Positions 8,828-17,234 of a stretch of 64,000 nt of DNA are shown piece by piece. Made by a program: the position numbers and the translations under genes. The stretch comes from Ructibacterium sp. (GTDB taxonomy: Bacteria > Bacillota > Clostridia > Monoglobales > Monoglobaceae), in NCBI GenBank assembly GCA_045534975.1, contig JAZSKV010000054.1, forward strand, positions 2,200 through 66,199, given 5' to 3'. Each line of letters starts with the position of its first letter. Positions within the stretch are counted from its first letter, which is position 1. The notes beneath the pieces are model-generated. The model made no database searches and was not told where the DNA came from. It worked only from the letters and a program-made list of their open reading frames with translations.

Positions 8828-9076
8828 ATGCAGCACACAAAAGAATACAGTGAAGAAAATCTGGTTTCTCTTCGGAATGAGGTTGAAAAACTGGAAAATG
8901 TGACCTGGGTTGCTATTGAGGATTTAGAAAAGAAACTGAATAGTCTTGCCGACATTTCTCCGGTAGATGAGGCTGATTGGACACCTAATTTACAAACCGT
9001 AGAGATTTACACCTTTGAAGAGGTCCCTCCTCTATCCAAGAGTATCAGACAGATTACAAATCTCAAATTTTCCTAA
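8828..9076 (+). CDS. Hypothetical acidic protein (82 aa)
   Basis: Own promoter and terminator; ATG 8828 chosen because the longer ORF start overlaps the promoter; no recognisable family. Confidence 0.55.
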   Translation: MQHTKEYSEENLVSLRNEVEKLENVTWVAIEDLEKKLNSLADISPVDEADWTPNLQTVEIYTFEEVPPLSKSIRQITNLKFS

Positions 9077-9087
9077 AATAAATTTCC

Positions 9088-9128
9088 AAAAAACGAGGAC
9101 GCTTGCGTAGTGCACGTCCTCGTTTTTT
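9088..9128. terminator. Bidirectional intrinsic terminator
   Basis: AAAAAACGAGGACG...CGTCCTCGTTTTTT between convergent genes. Confidence 0.8.
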
Positions 9129-10080
9129 ACTGATTCAACGTATTTTCTTCTATGATATATCTTGGCCGGCGTTTCACTTCTTTATAAATCTTGCCAATGT
9201 ATTCCCCGATGATGCCAACCGAAATCAGTTGTACTCCGCCTAAAAACCAGATGGAAATCATCAAAGAAGACCAACCGCTCACACTGACGCCGGAAAACCT
9301 GGCAACCAGGGTATAAATTGCCGCAAACACCGCTAAAATACAGGCGAAAACGCCCAAAGACCAAACCAACCGAATAGGTTTGATGCTGAATGATGTCACG
9401 CCGTCAAAGGCAAAGGAAAGCATTTTCCGCAAGGGATATTTGCTTTTTCCGGCAAATCGTTTCCTGCGCTCATAGTAAACAATATCACTACGAAAACCAA
9501 CCAAACGCACCATTCCCCGGAGAAAAAGATTGACTTCCGGGAACTCAGCCAATGCCTCCAAAGCACGGCTGCTAAGAAGTCTGTAGTCAGCATGATTTTC
9601 TACCACATCGGCACCTAAAATCCGCAAAAATCGATAAAACCCCTTTGCAGTAATCCGTTTAAACCAGGAATCATTTTTTCGTTGATTCCGCACGCCATAG
9701 ACCACATCGCAACCGTCATGGTACTTTTTGATAAACTCCGGAATTGTCCAGATATCATCCTGCAAGTCCGCATCCACAGAGATGCAACAATCGCAATGAC
9801 CACGCACCGCCATCAATCCTGCAAGCAGCGCATTCTGGTGACCGGAATTTCTGGCTAATTTCAAGCCCTCTATCCATTCGTTTTGCTGGGATTCCTCCAA
9901 AATCTTCTGCCAGGTTTTATCACGGCTTCCGTCATCCACACAAAGAATCCGGCTTTCCCGGCTTATCAGATCCCGGTCTATCATATCCCGGAACAAATTT
10001 GTGGTTTGCTTTAAGGTTTCTTCTAAAACGGCTTCCTCATTATAACAGGGTATTACCAAATGAAGTTTGGTCCTTGGCAT
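9127..10080 (-). CDS. GT2 glycosyltransferase (GtrB/YkoT-like undecaprenyl-phosphate glycosyltransferase)
   Basis: VIPCYNEE, VDDGSRDKT, RNSGHQNALLAG, DADLQD, two C-terminal TM helices. Confidence 0.9.
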   Translation of the reverse strand: MPRTKLHLVIPCYNEEAVLEETLKQTTNLFRDMIDRDLISRESRILCVDDGSRDKTWQKILEESQQNEWIEGLKLARNSGHQNALLAGLMAVRGHCDCCISVDADLQDDIWTIPEFIKKYHDGCDVVYGVRNQRKNDSWFKRITAKGFYRFLRILGADVVENHADYRLLSSRALEALAEFPEVNLFLRGMVRLVGFRSDIVYYERRKRFAGKSKYPLRKMLSFAFDGVTSFSIKPIRLVWSLGVFACILAVFAAIYTLVARFSGVSVSGWSSLMISIWFLGGVQLISVGIIGEYIGKIYKEVKRRPRYIIEENTLNQ

Positions 10081-10146
10081 ACCATTTCCTCCTCTTTGAT
10101 ACAGTTAAAAAAATGGGCGAACTCACGTCCGCCCAAGAAAACTAAA

Positions 10147-10560
10147 TTATTCAGCAGGAGTTGCCTCACCTGCATCAGATGCAGATGCAGCCTCAGCCGC
10201 TGCCTGCTGCTCTGCGACTTCTTCCGCGGTAAGCAGAATATTACCAGCGCCATCTACCAGATTGCCTTTTTCATCAAGAGTTGCCTGAATTTCCTCACCG
10301 GTTGCCGGATTCTCTGCGTTGTAGGTATTTACTGCAACAGCAGCCAATGCCAAAGAAGAAATAATAAACAGGATTGCAACCACAGCGGTAACTTTCTTTA
10401 AAACTGCATCAATGGTTTTACCCTTGTTCTTACCAAAGAAAGTTTCTGCACCGCCGGCAATAGCACCGGACAACCCCTGTTGTTTACCGTGCTGCATCAA
10501 AACTGCCAGAACCAGCACCAAAGAAATAACGACATGAATAATGGTTAATGTTAACATCAT
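10147..10560 (-). CDS. secG: Preprotein translocase subunit SecG with an acidic C-terminal extension
   Basis: VLMQHGKQQGLSGAIAGGAETFFGKNKGKTIDAVLKKVT SecG signature. Confidence 0.9.
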   Translation of the reverse strand: MMLTLTIIHVVISLVLVLAVLMQHGKQQGLSGAIAGGAETFFGKNKGKTIDAVLKKVTAVVAILFIISSLALAAVAVNTYNAENPATGEEIQATLDEKGNLVDGAGNILLTAEEVAEQQAAAEAASASDAGEATPAE

Positions 10561-10703
10561 TTTGAAAATTTCCTCCTTATGTTGTGTGCAGGAATCTGCA
10601 CATCTTTCATCGTTTCAAAATCAATCGTCATTCATTGTATCACAATCCAGATAACATTTCAAGTGGTTTTTCGAAATTTATCAAACTTTTTCCAAAAACT
10701 TTT

Positions 10704-10779
10704 TAAAGAAAAGAAGACCACTTAGGGGAGCGGTCTTCAAGGGAGGGAGTTATGTATTTGCAACAATTTCTTGCTGCAT
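10704..10779 (-). ncRNA. Candidate small regulatory RNA (~75 nt)
   Basis: Extended -10 TGcTATACT (10792-10784); 5' hairpin UGCAGCAA-GAAA-UUGUUGCA; C-rich linker ACUCCCUCCC; terminator GAAGACCGCU-CCCCUA-AGUGGUCUUC-UUUUCUUU. Confidence 0.6.
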
Positions 10780-10809
10780 TTTTAGTATAGCAAACTCCCC
10801 CTAAGATGG

Positions 10810-10848
10810 GGTGAATTTTTTATGAAAGATATATGAATAGTTTATGAA
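10810..10848 (-). promoter_or_regulatory. Four direct repeats at 11-bp period (OmpR/PhoB-type binding array)
   Basis: Plus-strand GGTGAA 10810, TATGAA 10821, 10832 and 10843, i.e. TTCATA-N5-TTCATA-N5-TTCATA-N5-TTCACC on the minus strand. Confidence 0.7.
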
Positions 10849-11021
10849 CGCCAAAAAACTGTTTTTTCGGCATTTTGTATACAAAAATTCACTTCTCAAA
10901 AAAATTTTTAGGAAAAACCCTTGATTTTTTCATTACAGTAGTTTAAAATTGTAATATCTGTAATATAAATTTAATATGGTGTTTCATGACCAGATTAAAT
11001 TTTTAAGTAGGAGATGGAACC

Positions 11022-11612
11022 TTGCTTTATTACAGAGAAAAAACAAAGTCTAAGACATATCCCCTGTTGGTTGGGAAAAGTATTGCCTTGCTTGGTGTGA
11101 CCGTTTTATCGATTTTTCTTTTTTCTGGGTCATCTGTCCGGACAAACATGGATGCCACAGCTACCATGCGACAATCTCCGAAAGGCCTTTCTCCATTACC
11201 GGAAACAACACCGGTTCCCACTGAGGATCCTACCTTGGCACATGGTTTTTTTACCGAACCGGCTGTTGGTGTTTTAACCTCTGATTTTGGAGCACGTTGG
11301 GGACGGGAACACACCGGCATCGACATTGGTGCCGACCACGGAGCGGATATTCTGGCAGCAGACGGAGGCGTCGTTCTTCTTTCCGGTTGGGTTGATGGTT
11401 ATGGAAATTATATCATTCTCGACCACGAAAACGGTTTCCAGACCGGGTATGCCCATTGCAACGAACTTCTTGTCACAGATGGAGAACGGGTCTCGCAGGG
11501 CCAAAAAATTGCTTATGTTGGCAATACCGGCAACAGTACCGGTCCCCATCTTCATTTTGAAGTAAAATTAGACGGCGTTTTTCAAAACCCCTTAAACTAT
11601 GTAATGTACTAA
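11022..11612 (+). CDS. M23 family metallopeptidase (cell-wall endopeptidase) with an N-terminal TM/signal segment
   Basis: HTGID and HLHF zinc motifs, YAHC; TTG start behind AGGAG; promoter TTGATT-17-TAAAAT at 10921-10949. Confidence 0.9.
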   Translation: MLYYREKTKSKTYPLLVGKSIALLGVTVLSIFLFSGSSVRTNMDATATMRQSPKGLSPLPETTPVPTEDPTLAHGFFTEPAVGVLTSDFGARWGREHTGIDIGADHGADILAADGGVVLLSGWVDGYGNYIILDHENGFQTGYAHCNELLVTDGERVSQGQKIAYVGNTGNSTGPHLHFEVKLDGVFQNPLNYVMY

Positions 11613-11650
11613 AAGAGATATACGCTCGAGAATATTCCGGAGGTGGAAAG

Positions 11651-12343
11651 ATGAGTAAAAAAATCCTTGTGGTGGACGATGAAAAAAGTATTGTAGATAT
11701 CCTGAAGTTGAATTTACAAAACGAGGGTTACACCGTCTACGAGGCTTATGATGGCGAAGAGGCGATCATGAAAGCCAATGCCATTGAACCTGATCTGATT
11801 TTATTGGATGTCATGCTTCCCAAATTGGACGGTTTTTCTGTCTGTAAAAAAATCCGGGAGACTTCTTCCGTTCCGATCTTGATGCTGACTGCCCGTGAAG
11901 AAGAGGTGGACAAGGTTCTGGGTCTGGAACTGGGCGCAGATGACTACATCACCAAGCCTTTCAGCGTTCGGGAGTTGATGGCGAGAATCAAAGCCAATAT
12001 GCGTCGTCTGGAACAAGAAGCAGCACCGCAGACCGGCAATTCTGACATTGTCAAAGTAGGTTGTTTCACCTTAGATTGTAACCGCTATGAACTCTATAAG
12101 AACGAACAATTGATTGATTTAACGGTACGGGAATTTGAACTGATTAAGTTCTTATCGGCACAACCCAATAAAATTTATTCCCGTAAGGCACTTTTAGAAT
12201 ATGTTTGGGACTATGAGTACTATGGCGATGTTCGGACTGTTGACGTTACCGTTCGTCGTGTCCGGGAAAAGATCGAGGATGACCCCTCGCAACCTCAGCA
12301 CATTATGACCAAACGCGGTGTCGGCTACTACTTCGCTCTGTAA
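11651..12343 (+). CDS. walR: OmpR-family response regulator, WalR/YycF-like
   Basis: KKILVVDDEK, LLDVMLP, KPFS, and the WalR-like C-terminus YGDVRTVDVTVRRVREKIEDDPS..TKRGVGYY. Confidence 0.8.
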   Translation: MSKKILVVDDEKSIVDILKLNLQNEGYTVYEAYDGEEAIMKANAIEPDLILLDVMLPKLDGFSVCKKIRETSSVPILMLTAREEEVDKVLGLELGADDYITKPFSVRELMARIKANMRRLEQEAAPQTGNSDIVKVGCFTLDCNRYELYKNEQLIDLTVREFELIKFLSAQPNKIYSRKALLEYVWDYEYYGDVRTVDVTVRRVREKIEDDPSQPQHIMTKRGVGYYFAL

Positions 12344-12355
12344 TTTTAGAAACAA

Positions 12356-12389
12356 GAAAACTGCCAACGGAGATCGGTGGCAGTTTTTT
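12356..12389 (+). terminator. Intrinsic terminator after walR
   Basis: AAAACTGCCA...TGGCAGTTTTTT. Confidence 0.75.
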
Positions 12390-12405
12390 CTTTCAGGAGG
12401 ACATT

Positions 12406-12888
12406 ATGCAAAACATCACCATTGTATCCGTAGGTAAAATTAAGGAAAACTATTTTACTTCTGCTATATCGGAATATACAAAGCGTTTGCAACGCTACTG
12501 CAAACTCAACCTTTTTGAGGTCAAAGACGAACCTACACCGGATGCACCATCGGACCGAGAAAAAAATTTGGTATTAGAAAAAGAGGGACAGCGAATTTTA
12601 GAAAAAATCCCAGAAAACGCCTATGTCATCGCCCTTTGCATTGAGGGAAAAGCCCTTTCTTCAGAAACCCTTGCGACATACATGGATGAACTTGCCACAG
12701 CCGGGAACAGTCATCTGGTCTTTGTCATTGGCGGTTCCATGGGGCTTAGCGAAACCGTGAAAAAACGGGCAAATTTCAAACTTAGTTTTTCACCCATGAC
12801 CTTCCCCCACCAGTTGATGCGGGTAATTTTACTAGAACAAATCTATCGTGCTTTTCAAATTAACCAAGGTGGAAAATACCATAAATAA
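12406..12888 (+). CDS. rlmH: 23S rRNA (pseudouridine-1915-N3)-methyltransferase
   Basis: VGKIKE, FVIGGSMG, MTFPHQLMRVILLEQIYRAF, GGKYHK. Confidence 0.95.
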   Translation: MQNITIVSVGKIKENYFTSAISEYTKRLQRYCKLNLFEVKDEPTPDAPSDREKNLVLEKEGQRILEKIPENAYVIALCIEGKALSSETLATYMDELATAGNSHLVFVIGGSMGLSETVKKRANFKLSFSPMTFPHQLMRVILLEQIYRAFQINQGGKYHK

Positions 12889-12890
12889 TA

Positions 12891-12920
12891 GAAAGGCTTC
12901 GGCAAATGCCGAAGCCTTTC
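12891..12920. terminator. Bidirectional terminator
   Basis: Perfect inverted repeat GAAAGGCTTCGGCA-AA-TGCCGAAGCCTTTC. Confidence 0.8.
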
Positions 12921-14227
12921 TATTTAATATCTCCATTGGAAGGATTATTCAATAATTTTCCTTCCCTTGAAAACCGCGACCCATGGCAAGAACAATCCCA
13001 GGAATGTTCCTGTTTATTCCAATGGAGCGCACACCCCAAATGAGGGCAGCGTTTCACCGTTGGTGTCAGCAATCCCTGCATCGCCTCTTTGGTATTACAG
13101 AGCAACTGTCGATGCAGCATACTTCTTTGGGGAGAAAAGAGTGCCGCAAACTCATTTTCTCGCTCCATAATCATATCCCTAAGCAATAGTGCCGCTGTCA
13201 TGGAGGCTGTCATCCCCCATTTGTTAAACCCAGTTGCTACATAGAGATTTGCCTTTCGCCAAGAGTATTGTCCAATATAGGGTAGCCCATCCAAACTCAT
13301 GCAATCCTGGGTTGCCCAAGCATATTGTTCTTTTGCTTCCGGATAGTATTCTGCTGCAAAATCACGAAGGGGTTTCCAACCTTTGGTTGGTTTTCCGGTT
13401 CGGTGTTCCGTGCCACCCAGCAGAAGTGTTTTTCCTAGGCTCCGAAAGGAAAGTCCATTGGCATTTTCATCCCGATACATTCCATCTAACGGCGGAACAT
13501 CTTCCAATCCTATGACATAGGAGCGACTTTGATATAGTTTTAGAAAATAACCACCGGATAAATTGAGAAACGGAAAATGGGTGGCAACGATGATTTTCTT
13601 CGCCGTAATCGTTCCGGTTTCTGTGACTGCACAGTTACCGGAAATTTTTATGACTCTTGTATTCTCATAGATGGTTAAGTCTTTGCTGATTTCCGCCAAA
13701 AATTTCAATGGATGAAACTGTCCTTGCATGGGCATTTTCACTGCCCCAACCGTTTCAAAAGGCAATCCTGGCTGTTCAATCAATTCTGCACTTCCACCAA
13801 GGCAGCGAATCGCCCGGACCTCTTCTTCCAACTTTCTTCTATCTGTTTTCGAATAGGTATAAGCTGGCGTATAGATAAAATCACAATCCATCTTTTTTGC
13901 CATACATCCATAGCGTTCTAATGCACTGGTACAGGCATCCAAATAGAGTTTTGCTCTCTCCCTGCCAAGTTTCTCTTTCATGGAATGGTAGGTAAGCCCC
14001 TGCAAGGCTGTAATTTTAGCCGTCGTACGTCCGGTAACCCCCGCACCAATTCGATTTGCTTCTACCAAGCAACAATCCACACCGGTCCACTTTAAAAAAT
14101 AAGCAGTCAAAACGCCGCACAAACCACCACCGATGACCAAAACATCGGTTTTGATATTTTCTTGTAACTGCGGAAACTGCGGCATATTTATATCATTTTC
14201 CCAAATAGGATTCTGCATCTTCGTCAC
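12920..14227 (-). CDS. FAD-dependent oxidoreductase with a C-terminal Rieske domain (YhfW-like)
   Basis: VIGGGLCG FAD motif; CPHLGC...CSCHGSRF Rieske ligands. Confidence 0.88.
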   Translation of the reverse strand: MTKMQNPIWENDINMPQFPQLQENIKTDVLVIGGGLCGVLTAYFLKWTGVDCCLVEANRIGAGVTGRTTAKITALQGLTYHSMKEKLGRERAKLYLDACTSALERYGCMAKKMDCDFIYTPAYTYSKTDRRKLEEEVRAIRCLGGSAELIEQPGLPFETVGAVKMPMQGQFHPLKFLAEISKDLTIYENTRVIKISGNCAVTETGTITAKKIIVATHFPFLNLSGGYFLKLYQSRSYVIGLEDVPPLDGMYRDENANGLSFRSLGKTLLLGGTEHRTGKPTKGWKPLRDFAAEYYPEAKEQYAWATQDCMSLDGLPYIGQYSWRKANLYVATGFNKWGMTASMTAALLLRDMIMERENEFAALFSPQRSMLHRQLLCNTKEAMQGLLTPTVKRCPHLGCALHWNKQEHSWDCSCHGSRFSREGKLLNNPSNGDIK

Positions 14228-14275
14228 CTTTCTGCGTTTTTTCTATTTTGCCCGTAACGACCGCAAATATCCCAC

Positions 14276-14308
14276 AAAAAAACAGGTTGCTATACAACCT
14301 GTTTTTTT
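14276..14308 (-). terminator. Terminator of the aro operon, overlapping the aroE stop
   Basis: AAAAAAACAGGTTG-CTATA-CAACCTGTTTTTTT. Confidence 0.8.
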
Positions 14309-15144
14309 ACTTTTTCATATACCAACGAATAGAGTGCCTTTTGGTCAAATTCTTGACCAAGATAAATCTCATCTGCCAAAATAGCCTGAAAAATCAACAT
14401 TCCAAGACCGTTCATGGTTTGACATCCGCATTTTTTCGCCTCTTGAATCAGTAATGTTTCCTCCGGATTATAAATTAAATCCGAAACCAAAGCATGATTT
14501 GGCAGAGCATCCAGAAAAGAGAGATCCGTAAAATTATCGGTAACCCCATGCATTCCGAGAGGTGTCGCATGAATCAAGATATCGGTATCACAGCAGATTT
14601 TGGTCATGGTATCCATCTGCATCTCCGCCGCCAGGGTCCGGACTCCGGTTTCTGTCCTAACCATAGAACAAACTTCCTCTGATGCCGAAACCCTCCGGCT
14701 TAAAACTCGGATTTCTTCCGCTCCCTCCCGTGCGGCTTTTAAGGCAAGGGTGCGAACAACACCGCCGGATCCCAGAAAAGTCACACGATTACCAGAAAAG
14801 GTCTTACCACACTGCTTTAAAGAGGCTACATAACCCCCAGCATCTGTGTTATATCCATAAAATTTCCCATTTGTAACACGAACGGTGTTGACAGACCGGA
14901 AATAGACTGCCTCGTCATCTATTTCGTCTAAATAAGGCAAAATATCAACTTTATGGGGCATAGTCAAATTAAAGCCGTCTATCTTCTCATCTATGACAAA
15001 CTGCAAAAACTGTTCCAGTTCGCCTTTTTTCACCTGTACTTTTTGATAGTGATAAGGAATTTGCAACTCATTCAGAATTGCGCCGTGAACCGCGGGAGAC
15101 AGACTGTGGTCAATAGGATCGCCAATCACGGCAAGATTAATCAT
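14290..15144 (-). CDS. aroE: Shikimate dehydrogenase
   Basis: GDPIDHSLSP, NLTMPHK, SVNT, NTD, NGLGMLIFQA; start MINL at 15144. Confidence 0.93.
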   Translation of the reverse strand: MINLAVIGDPIDHSLSPAVHGAILNELQIPYHYQKVQVKKGELEQFLQFVIDEKIDGFNLTMPHKVDILPYLDEIDDEAVYFRSVNTVRVTNGKFYGYNTDAGGYVASLKQCGKTFSGNRVTFLGSGGVVRTLALKAAREGAEEIRVLSRRVSASEEVCSMVRTETGVRTLAAEMQMDTMTKICCDTDILIHATPLGMHGVTDNFTDLSFLDALPNHALVSDLIYNPEETLLIQEAKKCGCQTMNGLGMLIFQAILADEIYLGQEFDQKALYSLVYEKVKKQVV

Positions 15145-15577
15145 GCTGTTTCGCCTCTTCCAGGAGATAGTCAATGGCTAAGGTGTAGCCTCGAAAACCC
15201 AGACCGCAAATCTGACCAATGCAAGCCGGTGCTGTCACCGACTTATGCCGGAATTCATCCCGTTTATGAATATTACTAAGATGTACTTCCACCGTTGGCA
15301 AATTTACTGCTGCTAAGGCATCATAGATGGCATAACTGTAATGGGTATAGGCCCCTGGATTGATTACCATAGCATCGCAACTACCCAAAGCATGATGAAT
15401 GAAATCAATGATTTCTCCCTCGCAGTTACTTTGCAGAACAATCACTTCGCAATCTTTGTTTTGCCCATATTCTTCCAAGTAGGTTTCCAAAGTCTGATAG
15501 TCTTGTTTCCCATACACGTCAGGCTCTCTAACACCCAACATATTCAGGTTAGGACCATTAATTACCATGATTTTCAT
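15137..15577 (-). CDS. aroQ: Type II 3-dehydroquinate dehydratase
   Basis: INGPNLNMLGVREP, INPGAYTHYS, VEVHLSN. Confidence 0.95.
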   Translation of the reverse strand: MKIMVINGPNLNMLGVREPDVYGKQDYQTLETYLEEYGQNKDCEVIVLQSNCEGEIIDFIHHALGSCDAMVINPGAYTHYSYAIYDALAAVNLPTVEVHLSNIHKRDEFRHKSVTAPACIGQICGLGFRGYTLAIDYLLEEAKQHD

Positions 15578-16064
15578 ATTGTTCCACCTCTTTTATGATT
15601 TTTTCTATGACATCTTCTGGGCTTTGGTTATTCTTGATATGTATGTTTGCCCAAGCCAGATACTTTTCATATCGTTCCTGATAGAGCCGAATCAGTCTTT
15701 CTTTTCCCGCTGCCAATAGAGGTCTTTCCTCAGTAGCAATATCATCCAGAATTTCCCCCAGAGGACGATCCAGGAAGACAACGGTTCCTTTTTCTGCAAT
15801 GAACTTGTTTTCTTCTCTTACAACAATGCCGCCGCCGGTGGCTAATACGCCACCAAACCCGATGGTTTTTTCAAAAGTCTCGGTTTCCATATCACGAAAA
15901 ACACTCTCACCATCAGTTGTAAAAATTTCACTGATTTTTCTGCCGGACATCTTTTCAACGACCGCATCCAAATCCCGAAAAGGGAGTTTGCATTTCTCTG
16001 CCAACTGTCTGCCAATGGTGGATTTTCCGCACCCTGGCATTCCGATTAAAATAATGTCTTTCAC
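15558..16064 (-). CDS. aroK: Shikimate kinase
   Basis: GMPGCGKST P-loop, FRDMET, ATGGG, RPLL. Confidence 0.93.
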   Translation of the reverse strand: MKDIILIGMPGCGKSTIGRQLAEKCKLPFRDLDAVVEKMSGRKISEIFTTDGESVFRDMETETFEKTIGFGGVLATGGGIVVREENKFIAEKGTVVFLDRPLGEILDDIATEERPLLAAGKERLIRLYQERYEKYLAWANIHIKNNQSPEDVIEKIIKEVEQYENHGN

Positions 16065-16067
16065 GGT

Positions 16068-17231
16068 TCAATCCTCCATGTCGCCGGCGGGATAGTTCCC
16101 CAGCAATTCAAATTTCTGGGTTTCTGCAATCACGGATTGGGTGACTTCTCTCACATTCTCATCCATCAAATTACCGGTATAATCCACAAAAAACATATAG
16201 GAAAAACGGCTGTTGGGAATGGGTCTGGATTCTAATTTTAAAAGGTTGAGTCCGCCTTGTGCAAAACAGGACATCACCCGATGCAATTCACCACTCTCAT
16301 GGGGAAGGGTAAAGGCAATGCTGATTTTATTACAATCCGGCGTTACTTCCGGATACTTAGAAACCACGACGAATCTTGTCATATTCTTTTCGCTACTATT
16401 AATATTTTCTGCCAGAATTTCTAATCCGTAGATGGTAGCATTCTGTGCCCCGGCAATGGCGGCTACGGTTTTATCATGACCCTCCGCCACACGCTTGGCG
16501 CTTTGGGAAGTGCTGGCACAAACCTCGGTTTCTACCCCGTTTAATTTATGAAGAAAACTTTGGGATTGCAAAAGCCCTTGTTCATGGGAATACACTGTTT
16601 GAATATCAAAAAGTTTTGCCCCCTTTTGTCCAAGCAGACAATGATGAATGGGAAGATTGATCTCGCCCACAATATAAGCATCGCATTTTTCAATCAAGTC
16701 AAATACTGCCACAATGGCACCGGTAGAAGAATTTTCGATAGGGAGGACTGCGTAATCCACTTTATCGTCTTCTAATGCTTTTAATACCCCGACAAAGGAA
16801 TCCACACAAAATCTTTCGGTTTCTTTGCCAAAGTATCTCCTTGCTGCTGCTTCGCTGTAAGAACCTACCTCTCCAAAGCAACAGACTTTCGGCTTTAAAA
16901 TTTTTGCTCTGGAATTTTGCAAGAATTGATCAATACTATTTTCTGTTGCCAAATCAGCAAGAGAACGGTTCTGCAATCCTCTGCTAATTGCCATGACCGA
17001 CTTAAAAAACTCATATACTTCTTTTCTCAGCTCCGGCTTTTCTAACAACTGCATTTTGGATTCCAGTACTTCCCGTTCCCGTTTGGTATCTAAAACCGAC
17101 ATACCAACGCTTCGTTTATAATCGGCGACCTCGCTACACAGACCCATCCGTTTTACAAAAAGGTCCAGAAGTTGTCGGTCTGTTAGGTCGATTTCTTTTC
17201 TCAGTTCTTCCAGCTTTCTCATACATCTCAT
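16068..17231 (-). CDS. pheA: Bifunctional chorismate mutase/prephenate dehydratase
   Basis: N-terminal CM (LRKEIDLTD..KR), PIENSSTG, TRF, ACT domain ESRP. Confidence 0.92.
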   Translation of the reverse strand: MRCMRKLEELRKEIDLTDRQLLDLFVKRMGLCSEVADYKRSVGMSVLDTKREREVLESKMQLLEKPELRKEVYEFFKSVMAISRGLQNRSLADLATENSIDQFLQNSRAKILKPKVCCFGEVGSYSEAAARRYFGKETERFCVDSFVGVLKALEDDKVDYAVLPIENSSTGAIVAVFDLIEKCDAYIVGEINLPIHHCLLGQKGAKLFDIQTVYSHEQGLLQSQSFLHKLNGVETEVCASTSQSAKRVAEGHDKTVAAIAGAQNATIYGLEILAENINSSEKNMTRFVVVSKYPEVTPDCNKISIAFTLPHESGELHRVMSCFAQGGLNLLKLESRPIPNSRFSYMFFVDYTGNLMDENVREVTQSVIAETQKFELLGNYPAGDMED

Positions 17232-17234
17232 CCT

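Noticed and set aside
10752-10790. 12-codon plus-strand ORF with a GGAGG RBS
   Set aside because: Better explained as the antisense image of the C-rich sRNA motifs; no plus-strand promoter is evident. Kept only as the alternative hypothesis.
12860-12920. rlmH 3' end as an SCCmec-like insertion site
   Set aside because: It is followed immediately by a terminator and a housekeeping gene; no recombinase or duplicated att sequence.
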